Assembly: GCA_902800045.1 (NCBI GenBank)
Contig: CADCCZ010000007.1
Location: forward strand, 22,237 to 86,236
DNA: 64,000 nt
Direction: 5' to 3'
DNA from: an uncultured Bacteroidia bacterium
Lineage (GTDB): Bacteria > Bacteroidota > Bacteroidia > Bacteroidales > ML635J-15
Positions 41,669 to 49,226 of the stretch are shown here, one piece after another. Position 1 is the first letter of the stretch. Every line of letters starts with the position of its first letter. A program made the position numbers and the translations under genes. The notes under the pieces were generated by a model. That model had not been told where the DNA came from. It saw only the letters and a program-made list of their open reading frames with translations, and made no database searches.

Positions 41669-41880
41669 CACAAAATTTTACATTCACGCAGATTTTGGGC
41701 AAAAAATATGACTTAATTTATCTGAGTTACACAAAAAATTTGTCCAAAATAGCCTAAAATAAGGTAAATAAAATATTTTTTTTACAACTATAATTAATTA
41801 ACAATCAATAAAATAAATGTAGTTTCATTAAAAAAATAATAATATAACTAAAAAAATAGTTGTATATTTAAAAAAGTCTT

Positions 41881-41888
41881 TATATTTG
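41881..41888 (+). promoter_or_regulatory. -7 box TAtaTTTG for blaI/blaR1
   Basis: tatatttg lies 60 nt upstream of ATG 41949. Confidence 0.45.
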
Positions 41889-41948
41889 CAGTGTCGAGAT
41901 TATTAAAATTTGACATTAAAAAATAGTAACAATAAAAATTATTTTGTT

Positions 41949-42323
41949 ATGAAAGAGTTGACCAAAGGAGAAGAACAGGTGATGCAGGTAATCTGGAGCA
42001 TCGGACAGGGATTTGCCAATGAGATAATAGCAGCATTTCCCGAACCAAAGCCTGCTTACAACACAGTGCTTACCGTTATAAAGATATTGGAGAACAAAGG
42101 TTTTGTAGCTCATGAGACTTTCTGTCGGGCCAATCGCTACAAAGCCATAATCAGTAAGGAGGAATATTCGCAGCGCTATCTAGGAAGCGTTGTTGAGCGT
42201 TATTTTAACAATTCGTACCTTGATTTGGTATCGTCCTTTGCAAAAAAGGAGAATTTCAGCATAGAGGAGTTGGAGTCGCTGAAAAAAGTGATAGATGAAG
42301 CTATTGAAAACGAAAAAAAATAA
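41949..42323 (+). CDS. BlaI/MecI/CopY family transcriptional repressor
   Basis: MKELTKGEEQVMQVIW... is a winged-helix N-terminus. The track start at 41910 is a TTG, so ATG 41949 is preferred. Confidence 0.8.
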   Translation: MKELTKGEEQVMQVIWSIGQGFANEIIAAFPEPKPAYNTVLTVIKILENKGFVAHETFCRANRYKAIISKEEYSQRYLGSVVERYFNNSYLDLVSSFAKKENFSIEELESLKKVIDEAIENEKK

Positions 42324-42326
42324 GTC

Positions 42327-43607
42327 ATGAATGCACAGGAATTAATATTAGGTCGTCTGTTGCCAGTTGCTGCTGCCATTGCAGTTTTCTGGATAGTTTA
42401 TCGTTTGTTGTTCACAAATAGCAACCGAATTAAATTCAACAGATTTTACATATTGGCATCAATAGTAATTGCTTTTTTGCTTCCATTTTTAGGAATAATT
42501 ATTGGTAATGGTTCTCCCCAGATGTTAAGCTTTAAGCAAAACATTTTTGGTGAAATAACGCTTAATGAGGTAATTTTAGCTGGAGATGCTAATGCAAACT
42601 TGCCCGAAACTGCGACACAGAATTACAACATTTGGCAATTTATTGCAATCGTATATTTCATCGGTGTTGGTATATCGTTGCTGCTGTTGATGTTCAAGTT
42701 ATTGAAGATATTTTTATTAATTGTCAAATCGCCAAAGGAAAAATACGGAAGTTATACCGCAGTGTTTACTGGTAAGGAGCAAGGGTCGTTCTCTTTCCTT
42801 AGCTATGCTTTCTTCCCTGACCAATCGATTGATAAAGAAATTGTTAGACACGAAATTAGTCACATCTCACATCGTCATTCTTGGGATATAGTTTTTGTGG
42901 AGGTTATAATGGTATTGCAATGGTTCAATCCATTCATTTATATGTTGAAGAGAGAATTGCAGTGCGTTCATGAGTATCAGGCAGATCGCGATGTGGTGAA
43001 TGCTGGCGTAAACAAGAGGGACTATATGATGCTGATTTTGCAGCAGTGCACGGCTGTCGATTTTAGCAGAATTAGTAATAATTTCAGTTTAATATTAACT
43101 AAAAAACGAATTAAAATGATTACTATGAGTGAAAAGACCAAAGGTCTCTGGTGGAGGCTTCTGGTCACGCTACCTGTGTTGGCTGTGATGCTGGTTGCCA
43201 ATACAAATGCGACAGCTAAGGAACAGCTCGCTGAGAATAATTCCGAAGCAAAAGTTGTAACTGATGCTATAAAAGAAGTTCAGCAGAGCAAGGACAGCAT
43301 TTACGAAAATCCTGAAGTTATGCCAGTATTTCCTGGTGGCGATGCTGCTATGATTGAATTTTTGCAAAAGAATATGGTTTATCCAGAGAATGCAAAGAAA
43401 AAAGGAATTACCGGAAAAGTATTTGTAGGTTTTGTCGTTGAAGCAAATGGATCTATAACCGATGTTAAAGTATTGAGGGGCTTTGATAAGGAATGTGATG
43501 CTGAAGCAGTGCGCTTGGTAAAGTTGATGCCTAAGTGGAAACCAGGTAGTGACAAAGGAAAACCGGTGAGGGTAAGTTTCGTAATGCCTTTCAATTTTAA
43601 ATTATAA
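42327..43607 (+). CDS. M56 (BlaR1-like) peptidase fused to a C-terminal TonB domain
   Basis: 426 aa with N-terminal TM helices, the HExxH motif in VRHEISHISHRH, and the TonB C-terminus PEVMPVFPGGDAAMIEFL..GKVFVGFVVEANGSITDVKVLRG. Confidence 0.8.
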   Translation: MNAQELILGRLLPVAAAIAVFWIVYRLLFTNSNRIKFNRFYILASIVIAFLLPFLGIIIGNGSPQMLSFKQNIFGEITLNEVILAGDANANLPETATQNYNIWQFIAIVYFIGVGISLLLLMFKLLKIFLLIVKSPKEKYGSYTAVFTGKEQGSFSFLSYAFFPDQSIDKEIVRHEISHISHRHSWDIVFVEVIMVLQWFNPFIYMLKRELQCVHEYQADRDVVNAGVNKRDYMMLILQQCTAVDFSRISNNFSLILTKKRIKMITMSEKTKGLWWRLLVTLPVLAVMLVANTNATAKEQLAENNSEAKVVTDAIKEVQQSKDSIYENPEVMPVFPGGDAAMIEFLQKNMVYPENAKKKGITGKVFVGFVVEANGSITDVKVLRGFDKECDAEAVRLVKLMPKWKPGSDKGKPVRVSFVMPFNFKL

Positions 43608-43632
43608 AAAAGATTAGGCAAAAGTTTATTTT

Positions 43633-43662
43633 AGTTGCAGCCTCAAGGCTGCAACTTTTTTT
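43633..43662 (+). terminator. Rho-independent terminator between convergent blaR1-like and dtd genes
   Basis: AGTTGCAGCC-tcaa-GGCTGCAACT followed by TTTTTT. Confidence 0.8.
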
Positions 43663-44113
43663 ATATCCTATTTTTCGAGTCGATAATTATAGTCACTGGT
43701 CCATCGTTGAGTAGTTCTATCTTCATGTCGGCTCCAAAGATTCCTGTTGCAGACGATTTGCCTGTAATTTGGTCTGTGGTTTTGATAAACTTGTTGTATA
43801 GTGGTTCTGAAATTTCTGGTTTTGCAGCATCGATGTAAGATGGGCGGTTGCCTTTTTTTGTTCGAGCATGCAGTGTGAATTGACTTATTATCATAATTTC
43901 TCCGTCAATTTCGAGGCACGATTTGTTCATAACGCCGTCTTCGTCGTTGAAAATACGGAGATTTACCATTTTGTTTACGAGCCATTCAATATCTTCGGCT
44001 GTATCATCGTTTGTTATGCCTACGAATACGAGCATTCCCTGCCCTATCTTGGAAATTTCTTTACCATCTACAGTGCATTTTGAATGTTTCACTCGTTGAA
44101 TTAAAATTTTCAT
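43661..44113 (-). CDS. dtd: D-aminoacyl-tRNA deacylase
   Basis: 150 aa with MKILIQRV, the SQFTL motif (ISQFTLHA) and GPVTIIID. Confidence 0.9.
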   Translation of the reverse strand: MKILIQRVKHSKCTVDGKEISKIGQGMLVFVGITNDDTAEDIEWLVNKMVNLRIFNDEDGVMNKSCLEIDGEIMIISQFTLHARTKKGNRPSYIDAAKPEISEPLYNKFIKTTDQITGKSSATGIFGADMKIELLNDGPVTIIIDSKNRI

Positions 44114-44156
44114 ACTTTTGAATAGTTATTATTTTGATTTATAGTGCTTTACGGTT

Positions 44157-44172
44157 TGTTTCATGTGAAACA
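44157..44172. promoter_or_regulatory. Palindrome TGTTTCA-tg-TGAAACA, copy 1
   Basis: Read directly. It lies 44-59 nt upstream of the dtd ATG. Confidence 0.4.
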
Positions 44173-44250
44173 TTATCTATTAATTGAATGCTAATTGAGT
44201 AATTATTTTTTTTGATTATCTATAATGTTAATTATCAGTATTTTACATAT

Positions 44251-44266
44251 TGTTTCACATGAAACA
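44251..44266. promoter_or_regulatory. Palindrome TGTTTCA-ca-TGAAACA, copy 2
   Basis: Read directly. It lies 4 nt beyond the ade stop and 94 bp (centre to centre) from copy 1. Confidence 0.4.
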
Positions 44267-44270
44267 TTAT

Positions 44271-45899
44271 TTATATAAATAAATCTGTTATCTCAAATTT
44301 ATCGCCATCGAAAAGTCCCTTATCGCTAAGTTTTAGACTTGGAATTACAAGAAGCGACATAAAAGAAAGTGTCATAAATGGTGATGCTAGTCTGCAGCCA
44401 TTGCTCTTTACAATATGGTTCATTCGGCTATACATATCACTGATGCGTTCGCAGCTTTGCTGTGTCATCAGTCCTGCAAACTCAAGCGGTAAGGTGTAGT
44501 AGTCCATACCCTTTACATAGCACATTCCACCTTTATTGTCGACTATTTCGTTTATTGCCTTTACAATATCTTCGTCGCTAACACCAACTGCAATTATGTT
44601 GTGACTGTCGTGTGCTACCGATGTTGCAATTGCTCCAGCGGTAAGACCAAATCCCTTTATGAATCCTATCTGCGGTTTTGCGTCTTTTGAGTAACGGTTC
44701 ATCACGGCAATTTTAAGTATGTCGTTCTTTGTGTCCGAAATTACATTGTCATCTTCTACCCTAGCCTTCTCGGTAATGCAATTTGTGAGCAGTTCGTTTT
44801 CGATGATTTCAATTACCTTTATTTTTTTTGACTTTGGTTTTATTCTGACGTCGGTCTCCGAAATTTTTTGAGCATTGAAATTATTTATAGGCTGGATGTT
44901 TTTTGTACTGAACAAAATTCGACCATTCGAGTAAACGGTGTTACCATTAATTATTGTCTCTTGAATATTGAATGATTTTAGGTCGTCAACAATAATCATG
45001 TCGGCATAATCTTTTTCGCGGAGAAGTCCGATTGGAAGATTATAATGTTTAACTGGATTCACACAGGCGGCAGTAAGCAGGTCAAAAATGTCAATTCCGT
45101 ACTTTATGCCCATTTTCAATATTTTGTTAATGTGTCCAAATTTTAAAAGGTCATCGGGGTGTGAATCATCCGTTGAAAGCATTACCATTTTATTGAATTT
45201 GGAAATTAAGGGGTATAAAGCTTCAAAATTCTTTGCTGCCGAACCTTCGCGTATGAGAATATTCATTCCAAGGTTTATTTTTTCAATTGCCTCATCAATA
45301 TCTCCACATTCGTGGTCGGTGCTTATTCCAGCATTGATGTATTTTTTAAGTTTGTCACCAGTTAAATGTGGTGCATGTCCATCAATTACCGCACCATGCT
45401 TCTTCGCAACTTCTATTTTTGATAAAACTTCTGGTACATCGTATATTACGCCTGGATAATTCATCATTTCACCAAGCACTTTCAAGTTGTATTTAGTGAA
45501 AATCTTGTCGATTTTATCGGCATCAAGTGTGGCTCCAGATGTCTCGAAAGTGGTTGCTGGAACACACGACGGCATACAGTAGAATGTCTTCAAAGGCGTT
45601 GATTCAGAGTTCTTTATCATAAATTCAATACCTTTCTCACCAAGCACATTTGCAATTTCGTGTGGGTCGGTAACTACACCGACAGTACCATTTTTCACCG
45701 CCACTTTTGCAAATTCACTAGGAATCATCATTGTGCTTTCGATGTGTATGTGCGAGTCGATTAGACCTGGCAATATATATACTTCGCTTGTTGTTTCTTT
45801 CGAAGTGATTTTTGCTATCCTGTCACCATCAATAATTACTTCACCCTTGAAGATTTTTCTGTTGAGCACATCAACAATGTTACCTTCTATTTTTCTCAT
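44271..45899 (-). CDS. ade: Adenine deaminase
   Basis: 542 aa with the amidohydrolase metal motif LPGLIDSHIHIESTMM and the typical two-domain length. Confidence 0.85.
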   Translation of the reverse strand: MRKIEGNIVDVLNRKIFKGEVIIDGDRIAKITSKETTSEVYILPGLIDSHIHIESTMMIPSEFAKVAVKNGTVGVVTDPHEIANVLGEKGIEFMIKNSESTPLKTFYCMPSCVPATTFETSGATLDADKIDKIFTKYNLKVLGEMMNYPGVIYDVPEVLSKIEVAKKHGAVIDGHAPHLTGDKLKKYINAGISTDHECGDIDEAIEKINLGMNILIREGSAAKNFEALYPLISKFNKMVMLSTDDSHPDDLLKFGHINKILKMGIKYGIDIFDLLTAACVNPVKHYNLPIGLLREKDYADMIIVDDLKSFNIQETIINGNTVYSNGRILFSTKNIQPINNFNAQKISETDVRIKPKSKKIKVIEIIENELLTNCITEKARVEDDNVISDTKNDILKIAVMNRYSKDAKPQIGFIKGFGLTAGAIATSVAHDSHNIIAVGVSDEDIVKAINEIVDNKGGMCYVKGMDYYTLPLEFAGLMTQQSCERISDMYSRMNHIVKSNGCRLASPFMTLSFMSLLVIPSLKLSDKGLFDGDKFEITDLFI

Positions 45900-45916
45900 A
45901 ATCTTATCGTTATAAT

Positions 45917-45932
45917 TGTTTCACATGAAACA
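45917..45932. promoter_or_regulatory. Palindrome TGTTTCA-ca-TGAAACA, copy 3
   Basis: Read directly. It lies 18-33 nt upstream of the ade ATG and 11 nt beyond the mnmG stop. Confidence 0.4.
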
Positions 45933-45942
45933 TTACTATTTA

Positions 45943-47820
45943 CTATCTTCCCATTAGCACCAATAGCACACTTATGTCTGATGGAGAAACACCGCTTATT
46001 CGTGATGCCTGACCAATAGTGTGAGGATTAATTTTCATCAATTTTTGTCGTGCTTCAGTCGAAAGCGAATTTACTTCAGCATAGTTAATTTTGCCTTCGA
46101 TAACGATATTCTCAAGTCGCTTCAACTTGTCGGCAATGAGTTTTTCTCGCTCAATGTAGCCGGAGTATTTCAGCAGTATTTCGGCAGCATCAACTATCTC
46201 GTCCTTCTTGTCGCCAAAGCCTGAAACAAGTGTGTCAAGTTCATTGTCGAAACGGCATAAATCCTTGATTTTCACTTGCGGACGAGTGATAATGTTGTTC
46301 ATCTTTATGCTTTGTTTTAACTCAGAGCTTCCTAATTCTGAGAGCATTGAATTGATAGTCTCGGGCTTGCAACTTTGGTTGTTACAGAAGTCAATCAGTT
46401 CGTCACGCTTTGCAATCTTATCTTCAAAAACTCGCAAGCGTTCATCTGTTGCAAGACCAATGTTGTGTGAAAGTTCTGTGAGCCTAACATCGCAGTTGTC
46501 CTGACGGAGTAGTATGCGGAACTCTGCTCGCGAGGTAAACATTCTGTATGGTTCGTCAACTCCCTTAGTGATTAGGTCGTCAATAAGAACACCAATGTAA
46601 GCCTGGTCGCGGTTGAGGGTAAACTCTGGTTTTTCATTGATTTTCAAGTGTGCGTTTATGCCTGCGATAATCCCCTGCCCTGCTGCTTCCTCGTAACCCG
46701 TAGTACCATTGATTTGTCCTGCAAAATACAGATTTTCAATAAGTTTAGTCTCTAATGTAGCTTTCAGTTGGGTAGGATGGAAAAAGTCGTACTCGATGGC
46801 ATAGCCGGGACGGAAAATCTTGGCATTTTCAAGACCTTTGATTTTACGCAAAGCTTCGTACTGCACATCTATAGGCAGCGACGACGAGAATCCATTGAGG
46901 TAAAATTCCGCTGAGGTCTCCCCTTCTGGCTCGAGAAAAAGCTGGTGCTTGTCCTTGTCGGGGAATGTAACAAGTTTTGTTTCGATGCTCGGGCAGTAGC
47001 GCGGACCTATGCTCTTTATTGTTCCATCGTATAGTGGAGAGTCCTTAAGTCCTTGACGCAGAGTATCGTGAACTTCCTCGCTGGTGTATGTGATGTAGCA
47101 ACTGCGCTGTTTCAGAAAATGTTGGTTGTAATTGTGCATGTACGAGAACGGAATAATGGTTTCGTCACCGCTTTGTTCTTGAAGCTCAGAGAAATCGATA
47201 GTACGGCCGTCTATTCTTACAGGGGTTCCTGTCTTCATGCGGTCGTAGGTGAAACCGAGTTCGGCGAGGTTTTGTGTAAGCCCCACAGCGGCTGGTTCCG
47301 AGATTCGTCCCCCTTCGAAGTGGCTATGTCCTATGTGCATCAGTCCGTTGAGGAAAGTGCCGGTGGTGAGGATTACTGCTTTTGCGTAAACCTTTATTCC
47401 GAGGTAGGTTTCTATTCCGCAGACGCGATTATTTTCCACAATTACCTTATTTACAGTATCTTGCAGAAATGATACATTCTTTATCGCTTCGAGCTGACTA
47501 CGCCATTCGCCACTGAAGACCATGCGGTCGCACTGTGCGCGAGGGCTCCACATTGCCGGACCTTTCGACATATTGAGCATCCGGAACTGTATCATTGCCT
47601 TGTCGGTAACAATTCCCGAAAGTCCGCCAAGTGCATCTATCTCCCTGACTATCTGACCTTTGGCAACTCCACCCATAGCGGGGTTGCACGACATCTGTGC
47701 GATTTTGTTCATGTCGATTGTCACGAGCAGCACTTTGCTTCCCATATTTGCCGCTGCCGCTGCCGCTTCGCAGCCTGCGTGTCCAGCACCTACTACTATA
47801 ACATCGTAATTTTCAGTCAT
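45943..47820 (-). CDS. mnmG: tRNA uridine-5-carboxymethylaminomethyl(34) synthesis enzyme MnmG (GidA)
   Basis: 625 aa. It has the FAD-binding N-terminus YDVIVVGAGHAGCEAA and conserved GidA blocks throughout. Confidence 0.95.
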   Translation of the reverse strand: MTENYDVIVVGAGHAGCEAAAAAANMGSKVLLVTIDMNKIAQMSCNPAMGGVAKGQIVREIDALGGLSGIVTDKAMIQFRMLNMSKGPAMWSPRAQCDRMVFSGEWRSQLEAIKNVSFLQDTVNKVIVENNRVCGIETYLGIKVYAKAVILTTGTFLNGLMHIGHSHFEGGRISEPAAVGLTQNLAELGFTYDRMKTGTPVRIDGRTIDFSELQEQSGDETIIPFSYMHNYNQHFLKQRSCYITYTSEEVHDTLRQGLKDSPLYDGTIKSIGPRYCPSIETKLVTFPDKDKHQLFLEPEGETSAEFYLNGFSSSLPIDVQYEALRKIKGLENAKIFRPGYAIEYDFFHPTQLKATLETKLIENLYFAGQINGTTGYEEAAGQGIIAGINAHLKINEKPEFTLNRDQAYIGVLIDDLITKGVDEPYRMFTSRAEFRILLRQDNCDVRLTELSHNIGLATDERLRVFEDKIAKRDELIDFCNNQSCKPETINSMLSELGSSELKQSIKMNNIITRPQVKIKDLCRFDNELDTLVSGFGDKKDEIVDAAEILLKYSGYIEREKLIADKLKRLENIVIEGKINYAEVNSLSTEARQKLMKINPHTIGQASRISGVSPSDISVLLVLMGR

Positions 47821-47855
47821 TTAGTATCTATTACAATTTATCCCATTCAAATCGT

Positions 47856-47863
47856 CAAATGTA
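47856..47863 (-). promoter_or_regulatory. -7 box (TAcaTTTG on minus strand) for mnmG
   Basis: Plus-strand caaatgta lies 35 nt upstream of ATG 47820. Confidence 0.4.
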
Positions 47864-47960
47864 GTGAATAATGTTGGGATGGTGATAATTAAGTTTTTAA
47901 CGCGGAGATGTTGAAATAATATCAGTACTAACAATAATGCAGATTGTATAGTTGTTCATT

Positions 47961-47981
47961 GTGCGCGACGTAATCGTCGCG
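47961..47981. repeat. REP-like hairpin CGCGACG-taat-CGTCGCG (left)
   Basis: Read directly. It lies 19 nt upstream of the -7 box of the Y1 gene. Confidence 0.7.
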
Positions 47982-47999
47982 AATAAACAAAAAATACTT

Positions 48000-48007
48000 T
48001 ATATTTG
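48000..48007 (+). promoter_or_regulatory. -7 box TAtaTTTG for the Y1 HUH gene
   Basis: tatatttg lies 19 nt upstream of ATG 48027. Confidence 0.5.
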
Positions 48008-48026
48008 CTTTTAAAAAAATACAACT

Positions 48027-49022
48027 ATGCCAAGAAATACAGACAAACGCCCATTACCTCAGCAGCATAAGCGTAGCCATCATAACAACTACCATGGGAG
48101 AGGCATATATATGATAACACTATGCACCGATGGTCGTTTGCCTTTGCTCGGTACGCTCACTGGCGATAGTCCCGAAACTGCAGCTATATGCCCATCATCA
48201 CTTGGAAAGCAGATGCTACAATGTTGGAACAATATTCCCTACATTCAGAAACAGTTCGCAAAAAAGAAAGCAGAGCAAACAGGTGTACCTTGCCAGAGGA
48301 AAATTACACTTATAGCTTGCCAACTTATGCCAGACCATTTCCATGGGATTATCTTTGTTCGTGAAGAAATGGATATTTCAATAGGTGATGTAGTACGAGG
48401 TTTTATGGTTGGGTGTACAAAAGCTTATAATGAACAAAATTTCGTAGAAGAAAAGAGTTCTATACCACTTAAGCCACTTTGGGAGAAGGGGTTTCACGAC
48501 CGAATTTTGCTTTACGCTGGTCAACTTCAGAATATTATAGAATATGTCCGCGACAATCCTCGTCGTTTGTGGTTAAAGAAAAAGAAGCCAGAATATTTTG
48601 CGGTTCTGCATAATGTGCATTGGAATGAACATTGTTTTTCAGCGGTCGGCAACATTTTATTGTTGGACAATCCTTTGTGTGCTGTTCATGTGCGAAGTCG
48701 CTTTTCGGAAGAAGATGCAAGTAACTATATGAACGATTGTATTGTTACTGCAAAAAAGGGTGCAGTCCTAATAGGTGCATTCATCAGTCCAAAAGAGAAA
48801 CAAGTTCTTGAAGTTGCTTTAAAAGAAGGACTTTCTGTTATCGTTTTGTTGCCTCATGGTTTATCAGAGTTTTATAAGCCAGTTGGCATGTTTATGGAAG
48901 TGTGTGCACAAGGTAAGATGCTTTTCCTAACTGAAGCTTCTGCGGAAGAAAATCCTCGCAAAAGAATTACAAGAGAAGAATGTCAAAGGCTCAACGCTAT
49001 TGCAGAAGAAATGATGGAATAG
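48027..49022 (+). CDS. Y1 HUH nuclease (REP-associated tyrosine transposase / IS200-like) with a ~130-aa C-terminal extension
   Basis: 331 aa. It has the HUH motif MPDHFHGIIFV, then LWEKGFHDRIL and the Tyr motif IIEYVRDNPRR. The C-terminal part (KGAVLIGAFISPKEKQVLEVALKEGLSVIVLLPHGL..) looks Rossmann-like. Confidence 0.6.
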   Translation: MPRNTDKRPLPQQHKRSHHNNYHGRGIYMITLCTDGRLPLLGTLTGDSPETAAICPSSLGKQMLQCWNNIPYIQKQFAKKKAEQTGVPCQRKITLIACQLMPDHFHGIIFVREEMDISIGDVVRGFMVGCTKAYNEQNFVEEKSSIPLKPLWEKGFHDRILLYAGQLQNIIEYVRDNPRRLWLKKKKPEYFAVLHNVHWNEHCFSAVGNILLLDNPLCAVHVRSRFSEEDASNYMNDCIVTAKKGAVLIGAFISPKEKQVLEVALKEGLSVIVLLPHGLSEFYKPVGMFMEVCAQGKMLFLTEASAEENPRKRITREECQRLNAIAEEMME

Positions 49023-49069
49023 ACAATAGCAAGCGATAAGGAATAGTGGGAAAGGAGTGGCATATAGGG

Positions 49070-49089
49070 GCGACGAGTACGTCGCTCAC
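49070..49089. repeat. REP-like hairpin GCGACG-agta-CGTCGC (right; inverted copy of the left one)
   Basis: Read directly. It lies 48 nt after the Y1 gene stop. Confidence 0.7.
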
Positions 49090-49200
49090 GAAGACAAAAC
49101 AAAAAAAAATTCACAAAAGTTTTCTTGAAATTTTAAAATTTTTGAATGCCAAAATGTTATGTAGGTGAATGTAAAATTTTCCTCATTTAGGAATTTTTAA

Positions 49201-49208
49201 TACATTTG
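49201..49208 (+). promoter_or_regulatory. -7 box TAcaTTTG for the PNGase F-like gene
   Basis: tacatttg overlaps the TTG start of the track ORF (49206) and lies 18 nt upstream of ATG 49227. Confidence 0.5.
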
Positions 49209-49226
49209 CGCAATAAATTTAAGATT

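Larger units (their letters stand above)
47961..49089 (+). mobile_element. RAYT/IS200-like unit: a Y1 HUH gene bracketed by inverted copies of a 20-nt GC hairpin
   Basis: The left end is GTGCGCGACGTAATCGTCGC (47961-80). The reverse complement of the right end is GTGAGCGACGTACTCGTCGC (49070-89). They match at 18 of 20 positions and each forms a GCGACG-N4-CGTCGC hairpin. Confidence 0.45.

Noticed and set aside
45900-45942. Purine riboswitch upstream of ade (also considered upstream of purM, 10121-10198)
   Set aside because: The spacers are only 43 nt and 78 nt. They lack the conserved purine-riboswitch three-way junction sequence. The ade spacer is instead occupied by the TGTTTCA palindrome.
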